A stretch of DNA of 64,000 bases, taken from Syntrophorhabdaceae bacterium (GTDB taxonomy: Bacteria; Desulfobacterota; Syntrophorhabdia; Syntrophorhabdales; Syntrophorhabdaceae). The stretch covers positions 192,001 through 256,000 of the forward strand of contig CAXXUO010000002.1 in the NCBI GenBank assembly GCA_963666485.2, in the 5' to 3' direction. Under the pieces are notes generated by a model. The model was not told where the DNA came from. It ran no database searches and saw only the letters and a list, made by a program, of their open reading frames with translations. The position numbers and the translations under genes are program-made. Positions within the stretch are counted from its first letter, which is position 1. The number at the start of each line of letters is the position of its first letter. This document shows, in pieces, positions 35,405 through 45,687 of the stretch.

Positions 35405-38308
35405 TTAACGGACCACGGCGATCGGGAAATCCTGGATCGTCTGCGGCTTTGCCGTTGTGGGCGTCTGCCTGCCCTGGGTTAACTCTTTTACTCTCTCGGA
35501 CAGGTAAAGGTCAAGCATATTGATGGTGACCCTGCCTTTCCCTGTCATGTCGGCCTTTCCGCCGAGACCGTCGATCAAGGCCCTCGTAAAAGCGCCGTTG
35601 TTCCACTTCTGGTCTTCGAGCGACTGCTGGCGCCCTGTCGACGATGTAAAAACGACAGCACCGTTCTCGGCACTGATCAGCTCGTTGACAATGCCGTCGA
35701 TGTTCGGCGCGATCGCCTTTGCCCCTCTTTTGCCGAGGACGTCGCCCGCATGGCAGGTATCCATGAAAACGATCACCTTGCCGGGAATCGATGCCACCGC
35801 GTCCTTGATATAGGTGAAAAGGACACTCGTCGACTCGAGCCGTGCCTTGTCAAAATCGGACGGTATGAAATAATACTGCCCCGAGCTGTTGTCCCCGTGT
35901 GACGACATAAATATCATGGCGACATCGTGCTGCGTCGCGGAGCGCTTGAGCCATTGCAGGCCATCAACGACATTTTCCCGGGTCGCCTGCGCATCCGTCA
36001 GGACCTTCGTCGAAACGTCGCGGTACAGCTTTCCTTTCTGGGCATTCATCGCGCCGGCGAAATCGATGGCATCTTTCGCGGCAAACTTCAGGTTGTTCTC
36101 GGGATGCTTCGTGTACCTGCTGACGCCGATGGCGAGAACGTACAGTTTCGGCTTGATCGTGAAGCCCTCGGCAGCCGGCTGCTGCGCGTTGGTCCTCATG
36201 ACCCGGACGGATGCGGCCTCGCTCGTCGTGTTCTTTGTCATCGCGATAACGCTTATCGTGTTCTGCGGCCCGTCGATCGCCACGTCGACAGTCCTCGCAA
36301 CCGATCCTTTGCCTGTCGACGGCCGTGTGCCTGCTCCCTCGAGGACGATGTCGCGCGCCTGCGGTATCGGGCGGCCGTCAACGAGGACCTTTATGCCGGT
36401 TACCGGCGCGCCGGACGGAGATTCCACGGAAAATTTTACAGGAACTGTATTCGCACCGACCCGGGCCCCGTCGGCGGGTGACGTTATGCGGACCACCGGC
36501 GGAAGGTTCCCGGCGATGGATGACTGTGCCGCCTGCTGACCGGATGCTGTGAGCGCCCCGCCTTCATCGTAGGTCGTCATGAGATTTGCCAGGACCTCGG
36601 GATGGTAATATGTTTTCCGGAACTGGGCGACGGGATAGAAGTACGCCTCCCGGTCCCAGCCGTTGTTGACATGCCAGCCAAGGATCGAATCAGCGCCGGG
36701 GCTCGCCGCGTAGTAACCGCGGGGCGTCCATGCCACCCAGGGTTTCCTCGGGCCGTCAAACCTGAGGACACGGAACATTGCAGCCAGTTGCGTCCCGTCG
36801 GATACCCGGTACCACCGTATCGTCCCGTCGTCATGGCCCACCACGAGCACCTTGCCGTTCTGCGAAACATTCGCGACCCACGGTACGGAGAAGGCACGTT
36901 TCTTCCATATGACTTTGCCGCTTGCGTCAAACCGGAAGATAGACCAGTTCGACCCGACGATAAAAGATTGCCCTCCCGGGACTATTACGGCGCTTCTCGC
37001 CATCTCATCCTTTCCAAGATCGATCTTCTGATCATTGAGCCTGAAGCCATCCCTGTCCCTGATGCCCGTCAATTTCATCCCGGGCGCAGAGCGGATGGGA
37101 TCGGCAAGTTCGGAATCACGCCCTGACGCGGCGTCAAAATCACCATCCACAAGGGAGAACCTGTACGTGATGGCCTGCTCTCTTCCGAAGACCAGGCCGA
37201 TCGCACTGCCGTCCCCGGAAACCCTGATGGTCGTGCTCCGATAATCAGTCCCCACATCGGACCTGGTGAACAGGCGCTTACCCTCCGGTGTGAATCCGCC
37301 GAGGATGGGGTCCGCCGTGGCATACACCACGTTCCCGCCGGGAATGGTCCGGGTGACAAGTATCGTATTGGCCCCGGACACCACCCACGTGACACTGCCC
37401 CTGCCCGCATCGTCAAAGACGCCTATGACGTATCTTCCGTCCCGGATATACGTGCCCCCGGCGATAAGCCTCTGACCGTCGGGCGACCATGCAACGGCTG
37501 CAAGGCCCTGATTTTTCTTGAGGCTGGAAAGATCGGGTGAATAGAGGAATTTCAGGTCGTCACCCGACAGGACCTCGATGTCCGGCGTGCCGGATATCCC
37601 TGCCGCAATGCGTTTGCCATCCGGAGAGAACCTGACCTGCGCGGCGTTGCCGGTACGCGTCCTGGCCCGCGCGATCTGTTTCAGGCCCCGGTCATACAGG
37701 ATCACATCCCCGTTTCCTGAAGAGGCTGCCCAGCGGCCTGACCGGTCACAATCGATGGTCCTGACAGCCCCGGAAAATTCCGGTGTTCGGGCGATACGCG
37801 CGAATGTGGCGGCATCCACCGTATGTATGCCGCCGGAGTTGAGGCCGACCGCCAGTATTTTCCCGTCGGACGAATACGCAAGATATCGCGGGCGGTCGGG
37901 AAACCCGTTCAATCGCTTCACCATCCTGCCTGACGCACGGTCGTAAAAATACAGGGAATAATCGTTCGGGGCAGAATTCGTAAAGCCGCCGAACGCGACC
38001 ACCTCTCCGTCAGGCGAGATCGCAGCCGCACTGATGACCCCCTGCGAGCCCTCGTCGATGGGGAAGCGCAGCGCTCTTACAAGTTTGCCGTCGGGCAGCG
38101 ACCAGATCCTCACCTGTTTTTCCGAAGCCGTTACCATGAACCTGCCGGCGGCGTCGATGGACATTGTATAGATCGCCGAATTATGCGTGCCCGTATCCAG
38201 TTGGATTATGGGGTTGGATGTCAGGGCGAGCCCCCCTGCCGGAACGATCAAAAGGAAGAGGGAAATCAATGCCGTCACGTGAAAAACCGCAACCGCCGTC
38301 TTGCGCAT
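35405..38308 (-). CDS. Exported WD40-repeat / Ig-like / caspase-family (peptidase C14) protein
   Basis: Signal peptide; many xSPDG/WD-type repeats; PPVVRITSP Ig-like domain; LYVLAIGVS; catalytic SSHG and DTCHAG; GGAGG RBS before the ATG at 38308. Confidence 0.9.
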   Translation of the reverse strand: MRKTAVAVFHVTALISLFLLIVPAGGLALTSNPIIQLDTGTHNSAIYTMSIDAAGRFMVTASEKQVRIWSLPDGKLVRALRFPIDEGSQGVISAAAISPDGEVVAFGGFTNSAPNDYSLYFYDRASGRMVKRLNGFPDRPRYLAYSSDGKILAVGLNSGGIHTVDAATFARIARTPEFSGAVRTIDCDRSGRWAASSGNGDVILYDRGLKQIARARTRTGNAAQVRFSPDGKRIAAGISGTPDIEVLSGDDLKFLYSPDLSSLKKNQGLAAVAWSPDGQRLIAGGTYIRDGRYVIGVFDDAGRGSVTWVVSGANTILVTRTIPGGNVVYATADPILGGFTPEGKRLFTRSDVGTDYRSTTIRVSGDGSAIGLVFGREQAITYRFSLVDGDFDAASGRDSELADPIRSAPGMKLTGIRDRDGFRLNDQKIDLGKDEMARSAVIVPGGQSFIVGSNWSIFRFDASGKVIWKKRAFSVPWVANVSQNGKVLVVGHDDGTIRWYRVSDGTQLAAMFRVLRFDGPRKPWVAWTPRGYYAASPGADSILGWHVNNGWDREAYFYPVAQFRKTYYHPEVLANLMTTYDEGGALTASGQQAAQSSIAGNLPPVVRITSPADGARVGANTVPVKFSVESPSGAPVTGIKVLVDGRPIPQARDIVLEGAGTRPSTGKGSVARTVDVAIDGPQNTISVIAMTKNTTSEAASVRVMRTNAQQPAAEGFTIKPKLYVLAIGVSRYTKHPENNLKFAAKDAIDFAGAMNAQKGKLYRDVSTKVLTDAQATRENVVDGLQWLKRSATQHDVAMIFMSSHGDNSSGQYYFIPSDFDKARLESTSVLFTYIKDAVASIPGKVIVFMDTCHAGDVLGKRGAKAIAPNIDGIVNELISAENGAVVFTSSTGRQQSLEDQKWNNGAFTRALIDGLGGKADMTGKGRVTINMLDLYLSERVKELTQGRQTPTTAKPQTIQDFPIAVVR

Positions 38309-38348
38309 AATGCCTCCCTTGCTATTGCGAGATATGATCCACCACGGG

Positions 38349-41300
38349 TCAGCGGATGCGCTGCACCGCGTATGTCCGCGAATCACCGCCTTCCGTCGCG
38401 CGGACCGTGCATGAGAACTGGTTGCCGCTTCCGTCCATCACAAAACTGAAGGTCCCCGAGTTCTTCGCATCGCTTGCTTCGCGGAAAGTACCCTTCGCCG
38501 TGTTGCCGGCAATGGTGCCTTCGAGCGGCCCTCCGAGTGTTTCCGTCTGACGTGCACCCGATGACGTCTTGTACGGGACATTGACCGAAAAAGTACCCGT
38601 GATGCGCGTACCGCTCGATGTCAGGCTGAAGGTAATGACCTCACCCTCGCGGCCGGCTGAGCTCTTCCATGAACCCGAAAATGACACCGCAGCCGCAGGG
38701 CCGTGCGAGGTCTCCACCGGTTTCGCGGTATATACCCTTCCCGTCTGGGTGCCCGGCTTGCTGGCGGCATACGAGGCTTCCAGCTGTTTCACATAATTTG
38801 CCATCGCGGTGTCGTTCGGCGCATACCTCAGGTATTCCCTGTATGCGGCAATCGCCTCGGGGATCTTGTTCTGTTTTTGCAATTGCTCGCCCTGCTGGCG
38901 CAGCTGCATGGCGTGCTGTGAATTCTTCTGGTCGGCGGCATATTTCGCTTCCAGTGTTTTTATGTAATTTGCCATCGCGGTGTCGTTCGGTGCATATTTC
39001 AGGTATTCCTTATACTTCATCACCGCTTCGGGGATCTTGTTCTGCTTCTGGAAGGCCTCACCTTCGGAACGCAGCACCTTCGCACGGGCCTCAATGGCCC
39101 TGGCGTCCGCCTGTTTCTTCAATTCCGCCTCGAGCTGCCGTATATAATCCTGCAATTTCGGGTCGGGCTGGCACTTCAGGCTTTCACGATACTTATCGAT
39201 GGCATCGGCGTATCTCTTCTGCTGCGCGAGGGCGTCACCCTGCTGGCGCAGGGCCTGGCACGCCTGTTTCGCTGCCGCTTGTTTTTTCAGCGAATCATCG
39301 AGCTGGGCTGCATATGTTACGCGCTGTTTGTTCCCCGGAGCACAGGCGATGTTCTCTTTGAACTTCGCGAGCGCATCGGCATGCTTGCCTGCATTGTAAA
39401 GCGCCTGGCCTTCGGTCCATTTGGCCTCGCACTTACGGGCCGCATCATCTTTCTTCGCCTTTGCCTGCTGCAATTCATTAAGCTTCCCCTTGAGCTTGTT
39501 CCCGTGGATCTCCATGTCCCCGTTGCGAGGACGGATCTTGAGGCCTTCTTCGGCCGAGGCTATGCCTTTTTTGATCGTCGCCTCGTCGAGAGGCTGCGTC
39601 GTCGTGGCAAGCCCGGCGACGTACGCATAAAGCTCCTTGAACCTCTTATCTTTGAGGCCCGCGTCTTCCTTGAGCTTCGAGTATTTTGCGTAGTCAGGGT
39701 CTTTGATGTCCCCGTTGTCCCGCATGGCCTTGAGCCCCTGTTCATAACTCGTTGAGGCCGCCTCGAAATTATAGGAGCGGTAATACTGGTCCCCCGTATT
39801 GAAGAAGGATTGCGCGTACGCCTTCGCGTTGGCATTCTTTTGCTTTTTCTCCATCGCCGCGGCAAGCTCATTTATCTGTGCCCGCCTCGGATCGTCGGCC
39901 TTGAAGCGCGCGGCTTTGTCCTTGAGTTCCTTGACGACCGCCGCGATCGCGTTCGGGTCCGAGGGTACACCCCGCGCGAAATTGGCCTTCGCGGTCTCGT
40001 AATACTGCATCGCGTCGCGCTTCATTGCGAGCATCGTGTTTATCGTCCCGAGCGCGGCTTCGTAGTGCTTTTTATCCGCAGGGTTCAGTTCATATGTCAG
40101 GACCTGCTTGACGTGGACCTCGGCCTTTTCCCAGTCCTCCGCCTTGAACAGGCGCGTCCATTCCGCGTTGCTCTTCTGCGAGAAGTCGTTGTACCATGCG
40201 ATCCCTTTATTGAAATCCGCCGTCACGCGGGCCCACAACGGGTTGGTCGACGCCTGTCCCCCTGCCTGTTCGCGCAGGATGTCCTGTATCTCGAGCATCG
40301 CCTTTTGGGCCGACCATATCTTTTTCTGTGCTATAAATGCATCGAATTCTTTTGTTTTTGCCTCGACGCGCGGCCATGCATCGGCGTATTTCTTCGCCTC
40401 TTCGAGCTTCTTTTTCGCATCGGCATCCGCGGGGTTGAGCTTTACCGCCTGTTCAAGCCGTTTTATCGCTTCTTTATGATCTGCCTTATTGAGGGCGTCC
40501 CATCCCATCTTCTTGCAGTCCTGCGAAAATTGGTTAAGAACGGGTGCGGCCAGTTTCGGGTCCGTCTTTGCCGCGTCTTCGGCGGCAGCAATTGCCTCAT
40601 CGTATTTCTTCTGCGACCAGAGCTGCTTTGCGGAGTCGAGCTTTTTCTTCGCCTCATCCTTTTTCTTGCCCGTCGACACGTCGGACTGGGAGATGGTGAC
40701 GCTGAGCGACCCGGTGCCGCTGCCTAAGTCCGCTCCATCGGCCGACTTGACGGCGCACGTCATCGTGTACGAACCGGTCTTGCTGCATGTTACCCCGGTT
40801 TCCTTTGACGATGGTCCCGAGATGCTGCAGCCTTCGGGGGCTACGGTCCACTGATAACGGAGATTTTCTGTGGCCGGGGTCACGCTCGCCGCGAACTCGA
40901 CCCGCTGCCCTTCCGCTATCTGGCGGTCCGCCGATACCAGCCCGACGCCTTCCTTCCAGATCATCGGGGGCGGCCCGGCGATCTTCGGGCCTGTTACGGT
41001 AACGGATGGTTTCTTCGCAGTAACCGTGATCTTTTCAACACCGATCTCATCGCCGCCGTCCTTTGCCTTCGCGTGAGCGGTCACGGTGACGGGTTTGTCA
41101 TCTTTCGGTTTATAGGTGTATGTCTTCTGGTCCTGTGTCGCGGCACCCCCGCTCTGCGTGTTGCCGGCTGCCTCCCACCAGTATGAGACGGTCTGCTGGT
41201 CGAGTTTGGGCTGTTCCGTCAGCGTAATCTTCACCTCCTGCCCGACAAGCGGTTCAGCAGGCTCGGCCTTCAGGGTTATCCCGGGCTTCACGACCTGGAT

Positions 41301-44300
41301 CTGTATCTGCTCCGATTCGCCGACCGTCATCTTCCGGCCGTCCACATCACGCTGGACAACGACCCAGACAGGTGTTGTCCCCGGCTTCCGGAAAGACGCC
41401 GTATTGCGTGACTGGGAACCGCCTTTCGTTTCGTATGTCGGGTTCTTCGGGTCGCCGAAAACAGCGTCGGGGTTGCGCTCCCATACAAATGAGAACGAAC
41501 CGCCCGCCGGTTTGTCGCCGGAAAAGACCTCAGCGAGGAAAGTCGCCTTCCCGCCTATCGGGATGCTGTTCTCCTTCGGGCTCTCCTTGGTGATCTTGAC
41601 CTTCAGGCCCGTGCACTGGATAGCCAGGCTGGCGGCTGCGCTGTTGTCATCCTGGTCCGTCACCGTGACGCTTGCGGTGCATGTCTTGCATTCACGGGTG
41701 TTCAGTACTTTTGCACGGTCTTCCTTTGCATCCTGGGCGCACCCGCCCCAGGTGAATTTGTATCCGCCGGATCCCTCGCTGGCCTCGGCTACGAGGTCGA
41801 CGATATCGCCAAAATCGGCGGGGTTCTTCGATGCGGTAAGTTTGACCGTAAGAGGCTTCGTGTGTTTCTTGTTCTGGTCGCGCCTCATCTTGTCGGCGAG
41901 CGCCGGGTCGTAGGTCCCCTTTCCATAAGCCCCTTCCCAGCAAGTCTTTGCGCAGTCGTTCGGGGCGCCGAAGCTATGCCGTCTGGTCGCTCCAAAGGCA
42001 CCTGCCCCGCCAAAACACGGGCCGGAGCTTTTTGCCTCGGGTATCGATTTCTCTTCCGGGTCCCACCATACGCCGATGTGCCCCGCCCAGCCGCAGTAGC
42101 ACCGGCACAGGCAGTTATAGTAGCGTGCGTCGAGTTCCTCTTTCGTCGGCGGCGGGGTGCAGCCCTGTTCCAGGGCGGGTTTGCCCCTTTCGACACAGTC
42201 GTCAGGCTTTGTTGCCGTAACGGTCCGCGTCTGTTTCTTCGTTGCCCTGCTGCATTCACCCCATTCGGAATATTCGTAAGAGCACGTGGGCGCCTCTTTT
42301 TTCGTCGTAGCCGCCGTATCGGTCGAGGGCGTGTCCGGCTTCTTCACATCCTGGGTCTTGTCCGGCGGCAGTTCTACAACAACCGTTGCGCAGCCTCTTT
42401 GTAACGCCTTGCCCGACAACCCGTCCTCAAGTGCGACGACCGGCAGGCCTGTGACATACCAGTCGTACTGTTCGGTCACACAGACCTCATAGTTCCCCGG
42501 GGTATCGAGGGTCAGTTCCGCCGCGCCCCTGTATTCTTTCAGCATTTCCCTGCCGTTTAAGGTCCAGACAAACTGCCGGCCGGAGCCCGGTTTCGCATGG
42601 ACCCCGCCGAGGCATTTCGCATGCTCTTCGATGTCCTTCCTGATCGCGGCCGTGTCTTTGCTGTCCGTCGCCGAAAGCCGGACGGTCCCCTTTTCTTTGA
42701 GCCGGGCCGGGCTTGCCGTGACAGTGATGCCCTGTTCTTCAAGGGACTGCCGCAGGGCATCCGTCTCGTTGACCTTGAGCTGGCGGTTGTCGAGCCACGT
42801 CTTCACCACAGGCTGAAGGCATTTATTGATGAGGGCCTGCTCAACCCCTTCGTCATGTTTTGACTCATAATCGTCATAATGTTTTGACGCGGCCTTGGCA
42901 TGGCACTTCAGAAGGGAGATCAGGTACGGCGGTATGAGTTCCTGCCGGAATTTGTGCCCCATCTCCAGGCTTTTCCTTAAGCCCTGGGAATCATATATCC
43001 GGCATGCGAGGCTCCCGTCATCGACAAGCTGTTCACACGTCTTGTCCTCGATATTCTGCTCCCTGCCGGGGACCGTGTAGATGCCGGCGATGAGGTCCAT
43101 GCAGTCCTGCCTGCTGACGACCGCCCCGTACCCGTACTGGCTGATCCAGTCGACAAGCAATTCCCCCGTGGTCATAAATATGACGCTGAACAACTGGGCA
43201 TAACCGAAGGTCGGGTTGGCGAGGCCTGCAATATTTGCCGCAAGGCGTGCACTTGCCTTTGCCGCCCCTTCCTTTTCGATGGCAGCCGGGAACTCCTTGA
43301 GCTCCCAGAGCATTATGAGCGACATGAACCAGTTCTTGTACGCGAACCTTGCGCCGCTCTGCAAGGTAGCGAGAGCACTTCCTGAGGCCTCTTCAAGGTT
43401 TACACGTAAAGTGGCCCACTTTCCCTCACCTTCGAGTATCCCCTTGAGAAAAGCCCGGTACCGCGCGGAAGCCTTCGCCGCCATTGCCTCGAGTGCGGTG
43501 AACTCGACATTGGCCTTTTTCGTCACCTCCGAGCCGAGCTTGTTTGCTATCTGCCTCGATTTGGCCAGCATTGCCTTTGCATCGTCGGCGGATTCAAATG
43601 CGGCCTTTATCGCGTCATCGACCTGGCCCTCGAGGCTGTCGAGGTCTTTCACCACGGCGCCTTCGGGGGTGACCCCGCCGAGCTGGCGTGCACTCTTCAG
43701 CCGGTCTTTCGCCCGTTTCAGGTTCTTCTTCGCCGTGTCGAGCTTCCCTTCTTTCAGCGCCTTCTGGGCTTCATTCAGGCTGTATTCCGCCGACTGCACG
43801 TACCCTTTCAGGTTGGCCTCACCTACCTGTTCGGCCGTGTGCTCCGCTTCCGCCGTCGCCTTGTGCACAAGTTCATATGAATCCGAACCCTCTTTTGCGA
43901 CAAGCTCCGAGACCTGGACCCTCTTACCTGTCTCGTATCCCTGGCGGATGAACTTCGTGGGGGTTGTGTAAAGGCCCTCCGCCGCATCCTCACCCACCTC
44001 GAGGAGGTTCGGGTAATTCCCCATCTTGAGGAATTTGGCGATCGCCTCTTCATTCTGCTCGATCCCTTTCATGAGCTGGGCGGGCGGATAGAAATTGACC
44101 GATTTCAAAAGCAGCTGGATCTGTTCCGTGCTGTATCCCGCCTTCTGGGCCATAGCGAAGATCTTCTTCCTGAGCCGGCCCTGGAAGGCTTTCCAGACCT
44201 CTCGCGCCCGTTCAGGTGACACATCATCCAGCGAGATGAACAACCGGGCGTCATGGTCGGACGGGTCCGCAAGATTGAGAAGGGGGTTCCTGTAGCCTTC

Positions 44301-44483
44301 GCCGGATATCCAGGACCCCTGTTTGATGACCTTGAGGAATGGGTTGCCCATATCCAGGAGGACCCCGTCCATCGCCTGGCTGACAAGATGCGACGGCTCC
44401 ACGGAGACCGCGAAGAGCAAGGCCGGGAATACCAGGGAAAAGATAATGACAGCTGCCGTGGCCAGATGTTTCGGGGTGCGCAT
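38349..44483 (-). CDS. 2044-aa exported multidomain protein (helical N-region, TSP1-like repeat, Cys-rich domain, Ig/PKD-like domains, TPRs, C-terminal beta domain)
   Basis: Single long ORF with signal peptide and GGAGGG RBS; CSYEYSEWGECS..QTRTV..C; several YxW Ig-like modules; TPRs (EAIKRLEQAVKLNPAD). Confidence 0.85.
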   Translation of the reverse strand: MRTPKHLATAAVIIFSLVFPALLFAVSVEPSHLVSQAMDGVLLDMGNPFLKVIKQGSWISGEGYRNPLLNLADPSDHDARLFISLDDVSPERAREVWKAFQGRLRKKIFAMAQKAGYSTEQIQLLLKSVNFYPPAQLMKGIEQNEEAIAKFLKMGNYPNLLEVGEDAAEGLYTTPTKFIRQGYETGKRVQVSELVAKEGSDSYELVHKATAEAEHTAEQVGEANLKGYVQSAEYSLNEAQKALKEGKLDTAKKNLKRAKDRLKSARQLGGVTPEGAVVKDLDSLEGQVDDAIKAAFESADDAKAMLAKSRQIANKLGSEVTKKANVEFTALEAMAAKASARYRAFLKGILEGEGKWATLRVNLEEASGSALATLQSGARFAYKNWFMSLIMLWELKEFPAAIEKEGAAKASARLAANIAGLANPTFGYAQLFSVIFMTTGELLVDWISQYGYGAVVSRQDCMDLIAGIYTVPGREQNIEDKTCEQLVDDGSLACRIYDSQGLRKSLEMGHKFRQELIPPYLISLLKCHAKAASKHYDDYESKHDEGVEQALINKCLQPVVKTWLDNRQLKVNETDALRQSLEEQGITVTASPARLKEKGTVRLSATDSKDTAAIRKDIEEHAKCLGGVHAKPGSGRQFVWTLNGREMLKEYRGAAELTLDTPGNYEVCVTEQYDWYVTGLPVVALEDGLSGKALQRGCATVVVELPPDKTQDVKKPDTPSTDTAATTKKEAPTCSYEYSEWGECSRATKKQTRTVTATKPDDCVERGKPALEQGCTPPPTKEELDARYYNCLCRCYCGWAGHIGVWWDPEEKSIPEAKSSGPCFGGAGAFGATRRHSFGAPNDCAKTCWEGAYGKGTYDPALADKMRRDQNKKHTKPLTVKLTASKNPADFGDIVDLVAEASEGSGGYKFTWGGCAQDAKEDRAKVLNTRECKTCTASVTVTDQDDNSAAASLAIQCTGLKVKITKESPKENSIPIGGKATFLAEVFSGDKPAGGSFSFVWERNPDAVFGDPKNPTYETKGGSQSRNTASFRKPGTTPVWVVVQRDVDGRKMTVGESEQIQIQVVKPGITLKAEPAEPLVGQEVKITLTEQPKLDQQTVSYWWEAAGNTQSGGAATQDQKTYTYKPKDDKPVTVTAHAKAKDGGDEIGVEKITVTAKKPSVTVTGPKIAGPPPMIWKEGVGLVSADRQIAEGQRVEFAASVTPATENLRYQWTVAPEGCSISGPSSKETGVTCSKTGSYTMTCAVKSADGADLGSGTGSLSVTISQSDVSTGKKKDEAKKKLDSAKQLWSQKKYDEAIAAAEDAAKTDPKLAAPVLNQFSQDCKKMGWDALNKADHKEAIKRLEQAVKLNPADADAKKKLEEAKKYADAWPRVEAKTKEFDAFIAQKKIWSAQKAMLEIQDILREQAGGQASTNPLWARVTADFNKGIAWYNDFSQKSNAEWTRLFKAEDWEKAEVHVKQVLTYELNPADKKHYEAALGTINTMLAMKRDAMQYYETAKANFARGVPSDPNAIAAVVKELKDKAARFKADDPRRAQINELAAAMEKKQKNANAKAYAQSFFNTGDQYYRSYNFEAASTSYEQGLKAMRDNGDIKDPDYAKYSKLKEDAGLKDKRFKELYAYVAGLATTTQPLDEATIKKGIASAEEGLKIRPRNGDMEIHGNKLKGKLNELQQAKAKKDDAARKCEAKWTEGQALYNAGKHADALAKFKENIACAPGNKQRVTYAAQLDDSLKKQAAAKQACQALRQQGDALAQQKRYADAIDKYRESLKCQPDPKLQDYIRQLEAELKKQADARAIEARAKVLRSEGEAFQKQNKIPEAVMKYKEYLKYAPNDTAMANYIKTLEAKYAADQKNSQHAMQLRQQGEQLQKQNKIPEAIAAYREYLRYAPNDTAMANYVKQLEASYAASKPGTQTGRVYTAKPVETSHGPAAAVSFSGSWKSSAGREGEVITFSLTSSGTRITGTFSVNVPYKTSSGARQTETLGGPLEGTIAGNTAKGTFREASDAKNSGTFSFVMDGSGNQFSCTVRATEGGDSRTYAVQRIR

Positions 44484-44580
44484 GCAATCCCTCCGGATAT
44501 TTGTTATAAGGGTATCAGGTCAATCCTGATGAAAAGATATGGGCGGCGAAGGCATCGATACATCCTCCGCCCCGATTAGC

Positions 44581-44609
44581 AATATATTAGTCGTACAATG
44601 TATTGTCAA
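44581..44609 (-). promoter_or_regulatory. Sigma70-type promoter for the leftward arm of the caspase locus
   Basis: TTGACA-N17-TATATT on the - strand. Confidence 0.6.
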
Positions 44610-44671
44610 CATATTTTAGCAATCCCGTTTTTCCTTGTTTTTAAAGGTATTTTCGGCACCTTTATCTCTCG

Positions 44672-44701
44672 TTGACAAAATTTTCAGCTCATGGTTATAC
44701 T
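44672..44701 (+). promoter_or_regulatory. Sigma70-type promoter for the rightward arm of the caspase locus
   Basis: TTGACA-N18-TATACT. Confidence 0.6.
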
Positions 44702-44817
44702 ACGTTCAACAGGAATCTTTTTGGGGTGGACATTCCGCGTTTAATCTCGTTAGCGCATGTCCCGTTTTCACCAGGCATCAGAAGTTAAAAAACATTTATT
44801 TTTACATGGAGGTTGGT

Positions 44818-45678
44818 ATGAAAGCATTACCTTCAGTCATTGCAGTTGTCGTCCTTTCACTTTTCATTCTCGGCCTCGCGGGCGAAGCCCCGGCGGGACC
44901 ATCCGGTGCAAAAGCGATCTTTGACAGCGGTGAAGGGCCTGCAGTCCGGATGTCATCAGGCGGCGGGACCGCAAAACCGGCCACGCAGACGGCTTCAGCT
45001 CCTGCCAGAGAAAAATATGTCGGTGTATCCTATAAGCTTGTACTCCTGCGCGACAATGGCTCCTTTGACATTGTCAGCAAGGCGCGTACCTTCCGTACCG
45101 GCGAGAAGATAAAGCTCCTCGTCCGGACCAACAGGCCCGGCTACCTCACGATCATGAATATCGGTACGTCCGGCAACTCAACCGTCCTGTGCAGCGAGCA
45201 GGTAGAGCCCGGCGCAATGGTAGAGATCCCGAGAACGGGTAATTTCCGGTTCTCCGGCCCTGCGGGAACAGAAAAGCTTCTCGTCATGCTTTCGTCCCAG
45301 CCGAATCCCATGGGCGGACCTTCGTCATCGACGGTAGCATCCGCACCGCCCCCTCCTCCGGCTGATGCATCCTCCACGGCTGCACTTCCCCCGCCGCCTC
45401 CTCCGGGTTCGTCGGACGCGGCAAACGTGCCGCCTCCACCGCCTCCGAGCGGCGCGGTCATGACGGCGTCACTTGAGGGCTCCAAGGATATAACGCTCGA
45501 CAGCAACGGCACGAGTTATGGCGTCGTTAACCCGAAAAAAGGCTGGAAGCCCGAAGCACGCGGGAAAAAAGACATTATCATGGAATCGGCGGGTGGTGAG
45601 AATTTCGGCGTCGTGCCTGCATCATATGTGGCGGACGGCAGCATACTCACGCTCGAAATAAAGCTCAAACACAGATAA
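44818..45678 (+). CDS. Exported DUF4384-like protein with polyproline linker
   Basis: Signal peptide; FRTGEKIKLLVRTNRPGYLTIMN...FSGPAGTEKLLVMLS pattern; three poly-Pro tracts; GGAGG RBS before the ATG at 44818. Confidence 0.8.
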   Translation: MKALPSVIAVVVLSLFILGLAGEAPAGPSGAKAIFDSGEGPAVRMSSGGGTAKPATQTASAPAREKYVGVSYKLVLLRDNGSFDIVSKARTFRTGEKIKLLVRTNRPGYLTIMNIGTSGNSTVLCSEQVEPGAMVEIPRTGNFRFSGPAGTEKLLVMLSSQPNPMGGPSSSTVASAPPPPPADASSTAALPPPPPPGSSDAANVPPPPPPSGAVMTASLEGSKDITLDSNGTSYGVVNPKKGWKPEARGKKDIIMESAGGENFGVVPASYVADGSILTLEIKLKHR

Positions 45679-45687
45679 GGAGCGGCT

